Under the pieces are notes generated by a model. It did no database searches, had not been told where the DNA came from, and worked only from the letters and a program-made list of their open reading frames with translations. Both the position numbers and the translations under genes were made by a program. From contig NC_043025.1 of the NCBI RefSeq assembly GCF_006345805.1, positions 2,542,001-2,606,000 on the forward strand: a stretch of DNA of 64,000 bases, written 5' to 3'. This document shows positions 50,940 through 64,000 of this stretch, one piece after another; positions within the stretch are counted from its first letter, which is position 1; each line of letters starts with the position of its first letter. This DNA comes from Octopus sinensis (taxonomy: Eukaryota).

Positions 50940-52660
50940 ATTTTTAATATATTGACCGGTTTCGATATCGCTATTCATGATATAATATTTTAGTTATTTG
51001 AATATATATTTTTTCTTAGAAAGAAATTTTGTCCATGTTGTGTTTGATGAAATTCACGAGTGAATGACTTCAGAAGTGGATAAATAAAGGGTGGTTATTG
51101 GTTGTCGTTATTATTGTTATTGTTGTGGGTAAGCGAGATAACGGTTCAGCTTTCGGTAATGGGTGCGGATTATATAGAAGTACAGACAGACAAGCCTTGT
51201 TTAGTAGGGGGTTTATGTACAGTGATGTAATCGTGAATTGAAATATATAAAAAGATAACAGTTGTTTATGCGTGGATATTAAGGCTTTCTCTTGTATTTT
51301 TCAATGAAAAAAGTTTCTTTATTTAAACGATCTAGTTGAGAGATTGCGTTATTGCACTGGTAAAAAGGGAAGAGTGTGAAATTTGGTTTGATGTTACCTG
51401 CACAAGTTTCTATATGTTCACCGAAAGGAATTTGTCTGTATTCGGGGAAACGGATTTGCCCTTTATTTAGAGTGGTTCTCTTTCTCAAGGTCATACTCCT
51501 TTGTCCTATATAGTGGTGTCCTCAACCCGAGCATGTTATTACATGAATTAGGTTCTCAGATGCACAAGTGAAACTAGTTTTAATTGTGAACCTCTGTCCT
51601 TGTTTGAAAAGGAAGTCCGAGCCTTCAAGCAGGTGGGGGCAGGTTCCACAGTTTGGGCGACCACATTTTTCAACCGTTGGTTTTTTTGGTTGCTTTGTAA
51701 AGCTTCGCGTTTGTTAGTAGTCTCTTTAGCAATTTGTCTTGTTTTTGCATTTTATGTGTTTCTGTGTTTTCAGGTTGTCGTTCCTTTTTGAATCTCAATT
51801 TAGCAAAGGATGAGTTTGCACAATAGTGGTGAATGCCTCACTGTTTCTGTGGTTGTGTGTTGATATAAATAGGTGAGGTTGGATATTGTCTTTCAATAAG
51901 TTTTGTTTTGAGGGTCTTGAAGACGAAGGTACCGAGTTGAGTTTGTTCTATCAGGCACTATTGTGCAGAACCTTTTTGCCAAATTGAAAGGGATGTTTAC
52001 TTTGATGTGTTTCGGGTGGCATGAGTTAAAGAGAAGATATTGTTTTGAATCAGTTGGTTTATAATAAATGTCAGTTATGATTTCATTGTTAACTTTTCTT
52101 ATCATGACGTCTAAAATGGGACTTGTTCTTTGTTATATTCCATTGTGAATTGTATGTTACTATTGATGTCATTTAGTGTTGATTTGAAATCCAAGAGTTT
52201 GTCGATGTTCTCCTTCCAGATGATAAAGCAGTCATCTAGGTATCTCTTCCAATTTTCTCTTATGTAGAGGTAAAAGGGTAACCATATTTCTGAAGTGATA
52301 CTTCATATAAGGTGAATTCAAAATAACCCATTATGAGGTTCGCAAGAACAGGAGCGGCTTTCGTTCCCATTGCAATTCCGCATTTCTGACGATAGTATGT
52401 GTCATCAAATAGTAAATAATTGTTCTGAAGTATAAATTTAAAGGATTCAATTATAAAAATCTACTTTATGCATTCCGGGAGTACTTTTCCAACCAGAATT
52501 TAATTGCTTTTATTCCAAAGTCATGGGGGATGTTGGTGTAAAGATTGATAACATCGAGGGAAACCAATATTGCCTCTTCATTAATTGCTTTTTCTCTAAT
52601 AAAACTTTTGATGTATTTCAGCAAGGGTTTCAGAAAATTGCTTTGTCGGTGGGTTTCACA
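50940..52660 (-). mobile_element. 5'-truncated Penelope-like element (Penelope/Poseidon-type)
   Basis: RYLDDCFI-like sequence at about 52225-52248, IITDIYYKPTDSKQYLLFNSCHPKHIKVNIPFNLAKR, and the GIY-YIG end KETFFIEKY. A half motif GAAACCGGTC is at 50954-50963. Confidence 0.88.
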
Positions 52661-52672
52661 GGCCGGCCAACC

Positions 52673-52714
<42 letters not shown>

Positions 52715-52770
52715 ATCCAAACAAGAAAGCACAAAAAACCACAACAACGTGAAGACGTGGAACGAAAAGA

Positions 52771-52859
<89 letters not shown>

Positions 52860-54009
52860 ATATATATCTGTTTGCTTATTGTATGTATTTGTGTATAATA
52901 ATTATATTAATAACGAAATGATGGATCTGGTATTAAATTTTATTCTGTACTACATTCGTTTCGACCCGTCTTGCTATTGTCCTTTATTTGTGGGTCTCTG
53001 TTCAACGTGTTGTGCTGAATCGATCAGTCTGGATCCCATCAGTCACATCGATAAAGTTGTGTGTGACTAAAGATTTCGTGTGTCATCTGGCATGTTGTTA
53101 TACTGCCATCTAGTTGGGGAACGAATAAAATACAAATAAGACTGCAGACATGCAAAAGATTCAAATATGAACGAGGAAGTCTTGCGTTCCTCTTTAGATA
53201 AAGTGACGTAATGAGCTTTCGCTTTCATAACTGCTTAGAGGGAAAAGAAAGTTGTAGAAGAGAGAGAAGAAAGAAAATAGGGAGAAGAGGAAAACGAATA
53301 CTCAGTCAAAAATAAAAGTAATTATTGGAGATCTTATTTCTTGTCTCTCTGCAGTGGAGATCTTATTCCTTGTCAGCCGTGTATACTTCTGTTCCTCACT
53401 CTGAGATGCTCTGGCCTTTTCGTAGCGCACAGTCTGTTCGTTTCTTGGTATGCTTCCCTTTCTGCAGCTGTCTCTCTTTCCCTGGACAGAGACATTCTTT
53501 TGGCTTTACCTTTACATTGTAGACAAATTTGACACCTTCCTTCTAGGCATGGATATACAGAAATACACGGCGCAGAAGATAGTAAAGAATGAAAATAACT
53601 GGGTAACGAAAATTATATTTCTTAATACGACAAGCAGAACATTAACAAGATAGTTTTCCGGAGAATTAAGAATTGTACGTGTTGAAGTGAAATTTGTCAC
53701 TAACTTAACCAAAGTGCCAGTATCGAAGGAACCAGAAAAAAGCTATTAACAACAGACAAACAAAAAACCGGCGCAAAAGTAAGTAAAATTCTTTTAGGGA
53801 AATTAACTATGTGCGCGGGTTTAAGTGAAATGTTTGAAGTTACTCCTGGCAGTAAATTATGAACTTACATTTATCAGTAATTCCGTCAACAACAACAAAC
53901 ACAAAACACAAAACGTTGCAAAAGTAAATAAGAAATTTACCGAAGTGTACGGATTGAATCGGAATTTATGAAGTTACAGCCTCCAGGAAAATCAGCAGAG
54001 AAATAGAAA

Positions 54010-57000
54010 GATTCCAGCATCTCACCTCAACCTTTTCTTTCCAATGTCTTTAATGATTGCATCAGTGATCCCTTTCTGTTCGTTGGTAAGGGTTGCAATG
54101 TGTGGGTGGTTCATGTCATCTTTCTGCTCAACCCGTTACATTCCAATTAGTACAAGGAAGCTAATATTAAACCAGCTGGTGCCATTTTGAATTAACACAG
54201 AATTTATGGAGTGTAGAGTCTGCATTCAGCCCTCGGTGAGCATAATCTTCCATCATAGAATTCTTGTCATTATTCCACAGGCGAAGAACATTGGAAGGAT
54301 TTGAATAGGTGCAGAGGACAGCAAACGTAATACACAACTGAAATGGCATCCGATTCGCAGTAGCTTCAAGTATAGTATGCTCCAAACCCTCATCAATTTG
54401 GAGGAGACCAACTCATATGTACGCATCTTTAAATGTTGCATAGATTTCGCCTCCTACAGTGTTCACTTCTTCAAAGCGCTTAGCACCTGGAACATCAAAA
54501 ATAGCAATCGTAATGAAATATTTCTACGTCCTTAGGACTCACTGTGTTCATTCTGCAGCCGATGGTATTGATTCTTCTCCTGAGTGATCATGGGTTTTTT
54601 TACGTTCATTAAACACATAACGTATAGGAAAGTTAGGGTAGAAGTACTTCCGTTAATCGTACTCATTCAGTTTGAACCATGCAGTGAGAGTATTGTCACG
54701 ATCTCTCTGTTCTTGAGCAGGTTGCTAAGTGCTACCTCTGTGAAAGCTCAGTCTCCGCTGGTCTTCAAAGTGAACTGCTAATCTGTAGACAGTGTGGAAC
54801 GAGTCATGCAGCTTCTACGTAGACATTCTCCATAAGGCTTCAGAAGGTGAAACATATCCACACGCAAAATAATGTCTGATTTAACCATGAGGTTGCTGAG
54901 TCTGTCCACCTTCTGCAACTGCATCATTCCTTACTTCAAGTGAAGCGCTATCGCGACCGTTGTAAACATACTTGCATATATACTTGACATTTTCACAGAT
55001 GAGCAAACTTCTACATTAATATGGGCTCGGAATTTATTTAATAGGTAAGCATAGAATGGAACGACATACCAGTTGTCAACAGAATGGCATCCAACATGTG
55101 ATATGATCCCCTTATTGTGCCTCCGGTACTATGGATATCCATTAATATTTAGTAGTGTCTCATTTCTGTTGTTCTTGGGAAACTTTGTTTGGCAAGAGCC
55201 ATTCCCCATGTATTGCGAGGAAAGGTTATCAACACCACAAGGTCTAAGTATCATGAATTTTTTAAAACTAAATCATGCAAGACGGGGTTTTCATTTGAAT
55301 CAGAAATTTCTTCTGGTACTATTCTGTCTATATCATCTCTGATCTTCACTTTGTCTACGAGCATATGGCAGTGTGGAAGTCCTCTCTTTTGAAACTCGAT
55401 GACACGGACATGAGTTACTCTTACACCAAATACATGTCTGTCCACCATATCCTCAGAAATTCAATGATGTATCGGTTTTCAAATGTCTTATTTCGCTGTA
55501 GATAATTTTCTCTCTCATGGCAATTAGGGTTTTCAGGGTGCAGTTATTTCATTGTAGCGCCTTATATAACCCGTTCTTTCGAAACGTATTTCACACTTTC
55601 GTAATTGTACATTTTCCCTCCTGGCACCTCCAATCTCTTGTTGTTCAATTAAGTGCAGGTTCCCATATAATTCAGCATAAGGATTTACTTGTTGCACATG
55701 ACACCCATTCTTTGAGAAGAGCTTTGGTAGTTCTGACTTGCTTCCACTCTTTGATGCATTAATAATATACAACTGACTGTACTGCAGGCGACCGTTGACT
55801 GTTCGTAATGTTGTGCTAAGTTTGGCCCTGAATACGTTCTATATCCTGGTATTGGATATATAATTTAACGAAGCTGTTTACGCAACACAATACGATCACT
55901 ATTACATGAGACTCGATGCTCTCTGCGAACTGATCATAGGGAAATGCTTACCAATCAATTGTTCACAATCAATTGCTTACGACTAGACAGTTCTCCATGT
56001 AATGGAAATGTGTCAGACCACTTTTAGTCACTCTTGTCAGAATCTTTCCACAGCATCTCCCCTTTATAGAATTAGTCTCCCCTAAATTCTAAACTTGAGA
56101 ATTAAAGTCGCTCAGAGTTTTAATATCTCTTATGCTTAGGGCTCAATTTTTGTGTTTCCATTCGTTTCGTTTTCTGGTGCAAGAACGTGTAATTACAAAT
56201 TATTTCTGTGTTGGTACCTCAAACGTGTCGTGCAATAAAGTCACTTCTTTTGACTGATTTTTCCTTGAATCAGGTTTTAAGTTGGTTAATAAGTCTTTTA
56301 TGTTCGATATTTGTTTTTACCTTTTACCAGGAATATCATTCTTGAAATTTATTTAATAATTGTACCATCCTCCCAGCCTTGTTTAATATATGTATAGGTC
56401 TTTAATAAAGTTTGTCACCTAACTTGAAGAATTTTGAAATATTATTCCTTTTTTTATATATTTTCACTCGGTATCGGCTGATCAAAGATGGATCTGATCT
56501 TTCTAACAAACATCAGATATCTCTGTAACCAGAGATGTCGGCTTTCTACATTTATGCACTTCAGACCACGTTGAAAAACTCTCCCCCACAACAAAGTGAT
56601 ATGAAACCTTAAGTGATTTTGGCCACGGGTGCCATTTTGTGACGGGTGTATTTGGAGCTAGAGAACAGCGTATTGCATACTATCACTATATCTTCAATGT
56701 TACAGTCCGTTGTTGGCCAGTATACCTAACTTCTCATTAACGATTTCATTATCGAAATCCCTTTGACTCAATATGAAATTCCTTTAGTAATTACTTTTCT
56801 AGTGTGGCTGGCACTACGACTCTTTGCGATTACATCAGCACATTGTCACACCTTGTGATAGGCTCGAATATTTTTCATCTCTTTAATCCTTCTGCATTTC
56901 TTTCATTTTTTAATGAATATATCGTTTCCCAATTGTAATTTTATGTCTTGTAACGTAAATAGCAGTTCACGCGGGGAGTTATACAGTTTGCTTTTAATTT

Positions 57001-57912
57001 CATTTTCCGCTCGCAAAGTAGCAATCACGGTATCTTCAAATGGTTCAGCATTTTCTGAACTCGGTCTTGATAAACAATTAGCGTGTCCTAATCTTTTAGA
57101 TGGTATATACTCTATCTTAAATTCATAGTTTAATAATACAGTACCCCAGCGTTGCAGCCTATTAGCAGTACGGCTAGATATTTATTTCTTTCAATCATAT
57201 ACTGATAATAACGGACGATGATCTGTCTGTATTCAAAAACTTCTGCCGTGTGAAATCTATGCAATTTTTTACGGCAAAAATAATTACAAGAGCTTCTTTT
57301 TTGATTTGGCTGTAATATTTTTGGCTGATATCATGAACAACCGCCTTCATGCTACCTTCTTTTTATTTATGTAGCATTACTGCGCCGATACAGTATTCAG
57401 AGGCATCTGAAGTTACAACATTCTCCGCTACAGAAACGAAGCGTGCTAACAACAAATCAGATGTCATTATTTTAAAATTTCGTCGAATTCCCTTTGACAA
57501 TTTTCAGAGCAATTTCAATTGACATTTTTTTAATACATAATCTACTGTAACACTTACCCTATGCACAATTAGAAAATGATTTTGGTAATAATTTGCCTGT
57601 CTCCAAAGCAATCATGTAAGGTCGTTATATTTGTTGGAGGGGACATGTATTTTTATTGCGTCTGCCCCCAACGGATCTGGTCCTCGTTTATTTCTTTCAA
57701 TTGTTTGTCCAATTTTATTTTCGTTAAGAAGAAAATTCACGCTTTCTTTTTCACTGTAATCCCTAATTTTTTCGAACATATATATTCCTTGCTCTACATG
57801 TTGATCCCGTGATTCGCTTTTAATGAGTATATCATCCAGATATGAAAATGCAAATTTACTATCCGCTAACACTGCATCTATAAGCTGTTGAAAAATCGCC
57901 GGTGTGACCTGT

Positions 57913-57952
<40 letters not shown>

Positions 57953-60490
57953 TTAATGTTTAGGTATTTATAGCATTCATCGTCTACTCTAATATGTAGG
58001 TACGCGTTAGAGATATCCAATTAAGAAAATACCTTGCCACCGTCTAATTTTGCAAATATATCCCCCAGGGTAGGTAGCTGATAGTAGAACGTTTTAAGTC
58101 ACTCATTTAAACCAGTGGAAAAATCAGCATACACTCTGATTTTGTTTATTTGTTTCTAACGCTGCAAAAGCTTACCTGTTCCTACGATGCAAAAGTTACA
58201 GTTCGCTTATATTTAAATACCGGTTTGGCATTTACTTTTACTTGGAACTTCGTTTTCGTTATGATGCTGAGATCTAATTTATCAGAGAGAACTTCAGGAA
58301 AAATCTTTTAAATTTATTTTTACAAATCGTCCGACGATTCATTTGTATTGGCAGGAAAACCATTCACATTTTTACAGTAAAGATTTATGGGGAGTTCCCA
58401 TAAGTTAAACAATTCTATTCAGTGTTCCGAATAAATTTGGGATATTATTCAACACAAAATCTTTGGTTTTTAAGGTTTTCCCACGAAACGGAACGTGATT
58501 TATTATTACGCCATTAAAATGTAATTATTTTCCTGAAACACCACCTACAATTTTCGAAATGTCTTTTAATCTAGGTCTTCTGGGGTTTTGTTTCTATGTA
58601 TCTGTGTTAATTAGCGAGATATTACTGTCCTTATCTAGCTGCAACTTTACGTACACAAATTTCCTTTGAGGCTGTTCGTTTTTTGGTCACCGATAACCTG
58701 TTTTCGTGTTTTCTTTCTGTTGAACTGTTTTCCAGGTTTGTTCTACAGTGTGATATTTTATGATCTCTCTTGCCACATTTGACGCCTTTTATATTTTTAA
58801 ACGGGCAATTACTTTTAAAATGTTGACCACCGCACCCACAACATGGATTCGATATTCACATTTGTTTCTCTTATTTCTTATCCGTTACGGTGGAGACACT
58901 GGAATATGAGAGCAATCTTTTTGTTCAATTTCATTTTGTGCTTCGCTTTCTTCATTTTTTTCGTCTTCCCTGGCATTCTTCTGCTTCTGTCTGTAGAGTT
59001 AAATTTCGTCCAGTTCTAAATCATTTGATAAAATGTTAATAGTTTTTATTGAAACAAATCTCACCTGACTTCTTCGGCAGAATATAATTACTATATTTTT
59101 TGTATTTGGCAAGGGATACCTTTCTTACAAGTAGTCGTACTATTTTTCCTCTCAGATCAATTCATAAATTCTTCTTTGAGAATTTCTTCGTAGCTTCGAA
59201 AATATGCAGTGAAGGTAATCCCTTCCTCTGGATTATAACTGAATGCTTCAATAGAGATTGCTACGCTGTCTGGCAAGTTCACGCTTGAAGTATTTTTAGA
59301 CTTCTTTAACATTAATTCCAGCAACTCTTGGTTTTGTTGTTGTTGCTGTTGTAGTTGCTCTTGTTGTTGTTACTATTGTTGCTGTTGCAACTGCACGACA
59401 GACGCCAATAAGCCTTCTATCTTAAAGATTTTTCTTTGGTTTCATACCCATCCTAAACAAATTTAAACGTCGAACGCAAACTTCGAAGAAATCTTCGCAA
59501 CTTTTATACCCTGGTTTGGAACATATGATTTAAGTAATCAGGGGGAAAGAAAGTGTTTACACGACGCGAATCGAATCCAACGCTCCGTATCAATGGCTCA
59601 CAGCGAACTATTTTCCAATTAATTGCTGAAGACTGGACAGTTGTCTATTTAATAGGAATGTGTCAGTTCGCGTTTAGTCAATTGGAAGGTGGTCGAAATC
59701 CTTCCACAACAATACAGAAACAATGTAGACCTCTTCCTTGCGGCACAGAGAGTTTCACACCAAGTGACGTAAAGGAAGGTATACAGTTGTAATTGCTGAT
59801 GTTTATTTCGAAATAAAGCAGACTCTTGGTAATTTTCTCAGACAAACGCTTCAATGTCTGAGGGTTTAGTTGCCGTGAATGAAAATTCACATTATTATTG
59901 TGACAGAGCAATGAAGTATTCATATTTAAAGTTCAGTGCTCCACAAAACTCGCAATATAAGTACATATCACCAATACGATAGGTTCGTTTAGGATTATTG
60001 TGTCTGTTCAGTGAAAGTCCATGTCTTGCTTCACGCTTTCGTTGCACCTGTTCATCTCGCAAACGTAACACCTGTTCAGCATTCATACTTGCAATTCCAT
60101 CTTGATGTCTCTCTGTTTGACCTTGGAGACACGCAGCCCTTTCCAAATCATCCATATTCTCCCTTCTCTGTTACATAACATTTTTTCTGTTGGTCCTGAT
60201 ACTGCGCACGCTGCATATCATTCATATTTTCCATTCTCCGCAGAAATATCAATCTTTGTTGTTCCTTGTACTGTGTCTGTTCTTCCTCATCCTGTCTTCT
60301 ACCTTGGTCTCGCATTCTCTCTCACTACAATTGTGCCTTGCGTTGCACTTCATCTATTGCAGATCGTCTCATCTGTTGGTACCATTTGTCCCTTTCTCTG
60401 ATTTCTTACCGCTGTTTTTCTCTCATTCGCTGCCTGTAGTGCCTAACCCTCTCGCTGGTAGCTTCTAATCTCCTTTATCCATTGTTCAGT
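54010..60490 (-). mobile_element. Degenerate Helitron (Rep half), interrupted by a Gypsy element
   Basis: N-terminal charged repeats plus IGDMYLYCEFCGALNF, then NISNYN..SFTSLG...GRGLHCFCI|QGQ, the HUH motif VIEFQKRGLPHCHML, and VKYICKYVYNGRD. Confidence 0.9.
55836..59711 (-). mobile_element. Old full-span Ty3/Gypsy LTR retrotransposon
   Basis: LTRs at about 59502-59711 and 55836-56055 (both start TGyTGTGGAA.GATT), PPT AAAGGGGAGA at 56056-56065 and TSD ATAC. Coding relics include a poly-Q gag, a zinc knuckle near 58750-58845, FSYLDDILI (RT), TSDASEYCIGAVMLH (RNase H) and NRLQRWGTVLLNYEFKIEY. Confidence 0.88.
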
Positions 60491-60723
60491 CAAGTTTTGT
60501 AATTTGCTTATTTCATAAGCACAGCTTTGGAACAAGGATCAAATAACCGTAAACTGCGAATTTCTATCTCGCCGTAGCACAAAGCACTACTAACCGCAGA
60601 ATGTATAAGAAGCAGTAACAACATCAACCGGGATCTTGTAGAGATGGAATTTACTGTGTGTCCACCTCTATTTTAATTGAAATATATATATTTTAATTAT
60701 AGTGTAAACATTTCTTAATTGTA

Positions 60724-60762
<39 letters not shown>

Positions 60763-60814
60763 CCTATATATATATATATATATATACCTACATATATACC
60801 TATATATATGTATC

Positions 60815-60868
<54 letters not shown>

Positions 60869-60890
60869 CATATATATACGCATATATTTA

Positions 60891-60924
<34 letters not shown>

Positions 60925-61186
60925 CAGATATATATATATATACATCTATATATACATATATATATACATATATACATATATATTATATATACAGATATAT
61001 ATATATACATATAACATATATATATATATACAGATATATATATATACATATATACATATATATATTTACATATACATATATACATATAAATATACACATA
61101 TATATACATATATATATATATATAACATATATATATATATATATACATATATACATATATATACATATATATACATATACATATAC

Positions 61187-61238
<52 letters not shown>

Positions 61239-61625
61239 GGGATGGAAGCACTCCGTCGGTTACGACGACGAGGGTTCCGGTTGGTCCGAATCAACGGAAC
61301 AGCCTGCTCGTGAAATTAACGTGTAAGTGGCTGAGCCCTTCACAGACACGTGTACCCTAAACGTAGTTATCAGGGATATTCAGCGTGACACAGAGAGTGA
61401 CAAGGCCGGCCCTTTGAAATACAGGTACAACAGAAACAGGAAGTAAGAGTGAGAGAAATTTGTGGTGAAAGAGTACAGCAGGGATCACCACCATCCCTTG
61501 CCGGAGCCTCGTGGAGCTTTAGGTGTTTTCGCTCAATAAACACTCACAACGCCCTGTCTGAGAATCGAAACCGCGATCCTATGACCGCGAGTCCGCTGCC
61601 CTAAACACTGGGCCATTGCGCCTCC
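61239..61625 (-). mobile_element. Apparently full-length tRNA-derived SINE
   Basis: Head GGAGGCGCAATGGCCCAGTGTTTAGGGCAGCGGACTCGCGGTC...GGTTTCGATTC carries A and B boxes; inserted in a TA/CA microsatellite. Confidence 0.85.
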
Positions 61626-61629
61626 ACAA

Positions 61630-61685
<56 letters not shown>

Positions 61686-61845
61686 TATATATATATATAT
61701 AGATCAATAAATGGTGGGGTTGTGTTGACCGCACGTGGAGAAATGATAAGTAAGGAAAAATTTTTTTAAAAGTGCAGATACAAAAAACAATGCAATTTTC
61801 TTTTTTCCCCTTTCTAATTTTTAAAATAACTTCTTAAAACATAAA

Positions 61846-61886
61846 TATTCTTGACAAGTCATACAATGACGAAAACCGGTTGAATA
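61846..61886 (+). ncRNA. Minimal type I hammerhead motif, U3-A8 core
   Basis: tattc-TTGACAA-GTCAT-aca-ATGAC-GAAA(A)-CCGG-TT-gaata. There is one extra A in the homopolymer. Confidence 0.65.
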
Positions 61887-61976
61887 AATATATATTTATA
61901 TATTTTATCATTTTCTCATTTTATTAAAATTTTCTTTCATTTGAGGATTCTGCATTTTTTAAAAAATTTTCGTTAC

Positions 61977-62919
<943 letters not shown>

Positions 62920-63394
62920 TATATATACATATATATATTTGTAAAAAATGAAGTTCGAAAATGCTGCTATATTATACAATTTTTATTTTTATATATACAT
63001 TATAACATGTTTCAGTTCCTGAAATGAACCTTATCAAAAAAAGTTATATATAAAAAAAGATAGTTCGTGCTATCAATCACAAGAAAATCATTTATAATAC
63101 ACAACGGTGTCATACATCATAAAGTTCATATATATAGATTTTGAAGTGAGTTCGTTCATGCTATATGTTTAAAGTGCATGATGCAGCGGTTCACGGTGGT
63201 GACATGCATCCAATACAAAAAACAGATCAAATCGGCGATATGTAGTCAATACAAAAAACTGATGTTCCTGAAAGAGAGAGGAATTCATTTTTACCTTGAG
63301 CAACTGTGGTGTTCGCTGGATGATTCTGGCGAATCTTGTGAATTGTTCAGTTTTTATAACACTGGTCAGTCCAGCGTAACGTGATGTCATCAAC

Positions 63395-63735
63395 GTTTTG
63401 ACCAATCGTTTCGTTAGGTGGCTTAGTCAAGCAGAACGGGACGTTATCAACATTCTGACCAATCGTGACCTATCGCTGTATTATAACTGCCTCTTGTCTG
63501 TATTCCTGTTTTGACCAATCGTTTCGTTAGATGGCTTAGTCAAGCAGAACGGGACGTCATCAAAATTCTGACCAATCACGACCTATAGCTGTATTAGATC
63601 TGCCCCTTGTCTGTACCTGTTAGGTGACTAGTCAAGCAGAAAAGGACGTCATCAATATTCTGACTAATCTCTGCCCCTTGTCTGTATCCTGTCCAGTCTA
63701 GCAGAATTAGACGTAATCAACATGTTGACCAATCA
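63395..63735. repeat. Degenerate ~113-bp tandem repeat rich in TGACCAATC (CCAAT) and GACGT motifs
   Basis: GTTTTGACCAATCGTTTCGTTAG occurs at 63395 and 63508; AGTC(A/T)AGCAGAA recurs four times. Confidence 0.8.
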
Positions 63736-64000
63736 GAATCGGGTCTGACCCTTAGCTGTATCGTACGTGGTCAGTCCATCAGGGTTAGATTTGTACGAAG
63801 AGATCTTTTTATAAATTTTTTTCCCCTTTTTTCCTAAGGCATATTTCCGTCAGTGTGAGTGACTGTTTAAGGTAGCGGCCCTGGTGGAATTTTGCTTCTC
63901 CTTTTCGGAGGACCTATCTTTTGTTTTATTATTCCTGGCCCAGGGTGTTTAAACTTGGTTTAAATTTTTTTATGAAATGCAGTTCTTTATTTTGGCGTTG

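Noticed and set aside
52990-54000. Possible solo LTR or unknown repeat
   Set aside because: No paired termini, TSD or coding motif could be established; only a short ~20-bp direct repeat at about 53326-53374.
61555-61625. tRNA gene (also 6118-6190 and 20495-20560)
   Set aside because: The cloverleaf is imperfect and continuous with SINE bodies, so these are SINE heads.

Overview
This is a repeat-dominated, AT-rich eukaryotic window with abundant (TA)n tracts. The SINE families and repeat landscape suggest an octopod cephalopod, which is an inference. Nearly all long ORFs are decayed transposons: two Helitron segments (one split by a nested Ty3/Gypsy element), at least seven Penelope-like elements or fragments (Naiad-type and Penelope/Poseidon-type), Tx1/L1, RTE and Hero-type LINEs, ORF1-only gag-like elements, Tc1/mariner relics and tRNA-derived SINEs. 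The only host coding signal found is a 72-bp, phase-2 leucine-rich-repeat (LRR) exon at 33237-33308 (+), with a broken paralogue at 16906-16935. Both sit in old tandem duplications of exon-plus-intron units. The most striking unannotated signal is RNA-structural: a young ~360-bp non-coding unit carrying a type I hammerhead ribozyme (HHR) with a U3-A8 core, arranged in tandem and tandem-plus-inverted arrays inside (TA)n (37362-38319, 62073-62867). It looks like a retrozyme or circular-RNA element. More than twenty hammerhead-like motifs from about a dozen unrelated sequence families occur across the window, often in fold-back palindromes. All alignments and folds were done by eye, and element boundaries are approximate unless a TSD or splice site is quoted. 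There is a 100-N gap at 15964-16063.
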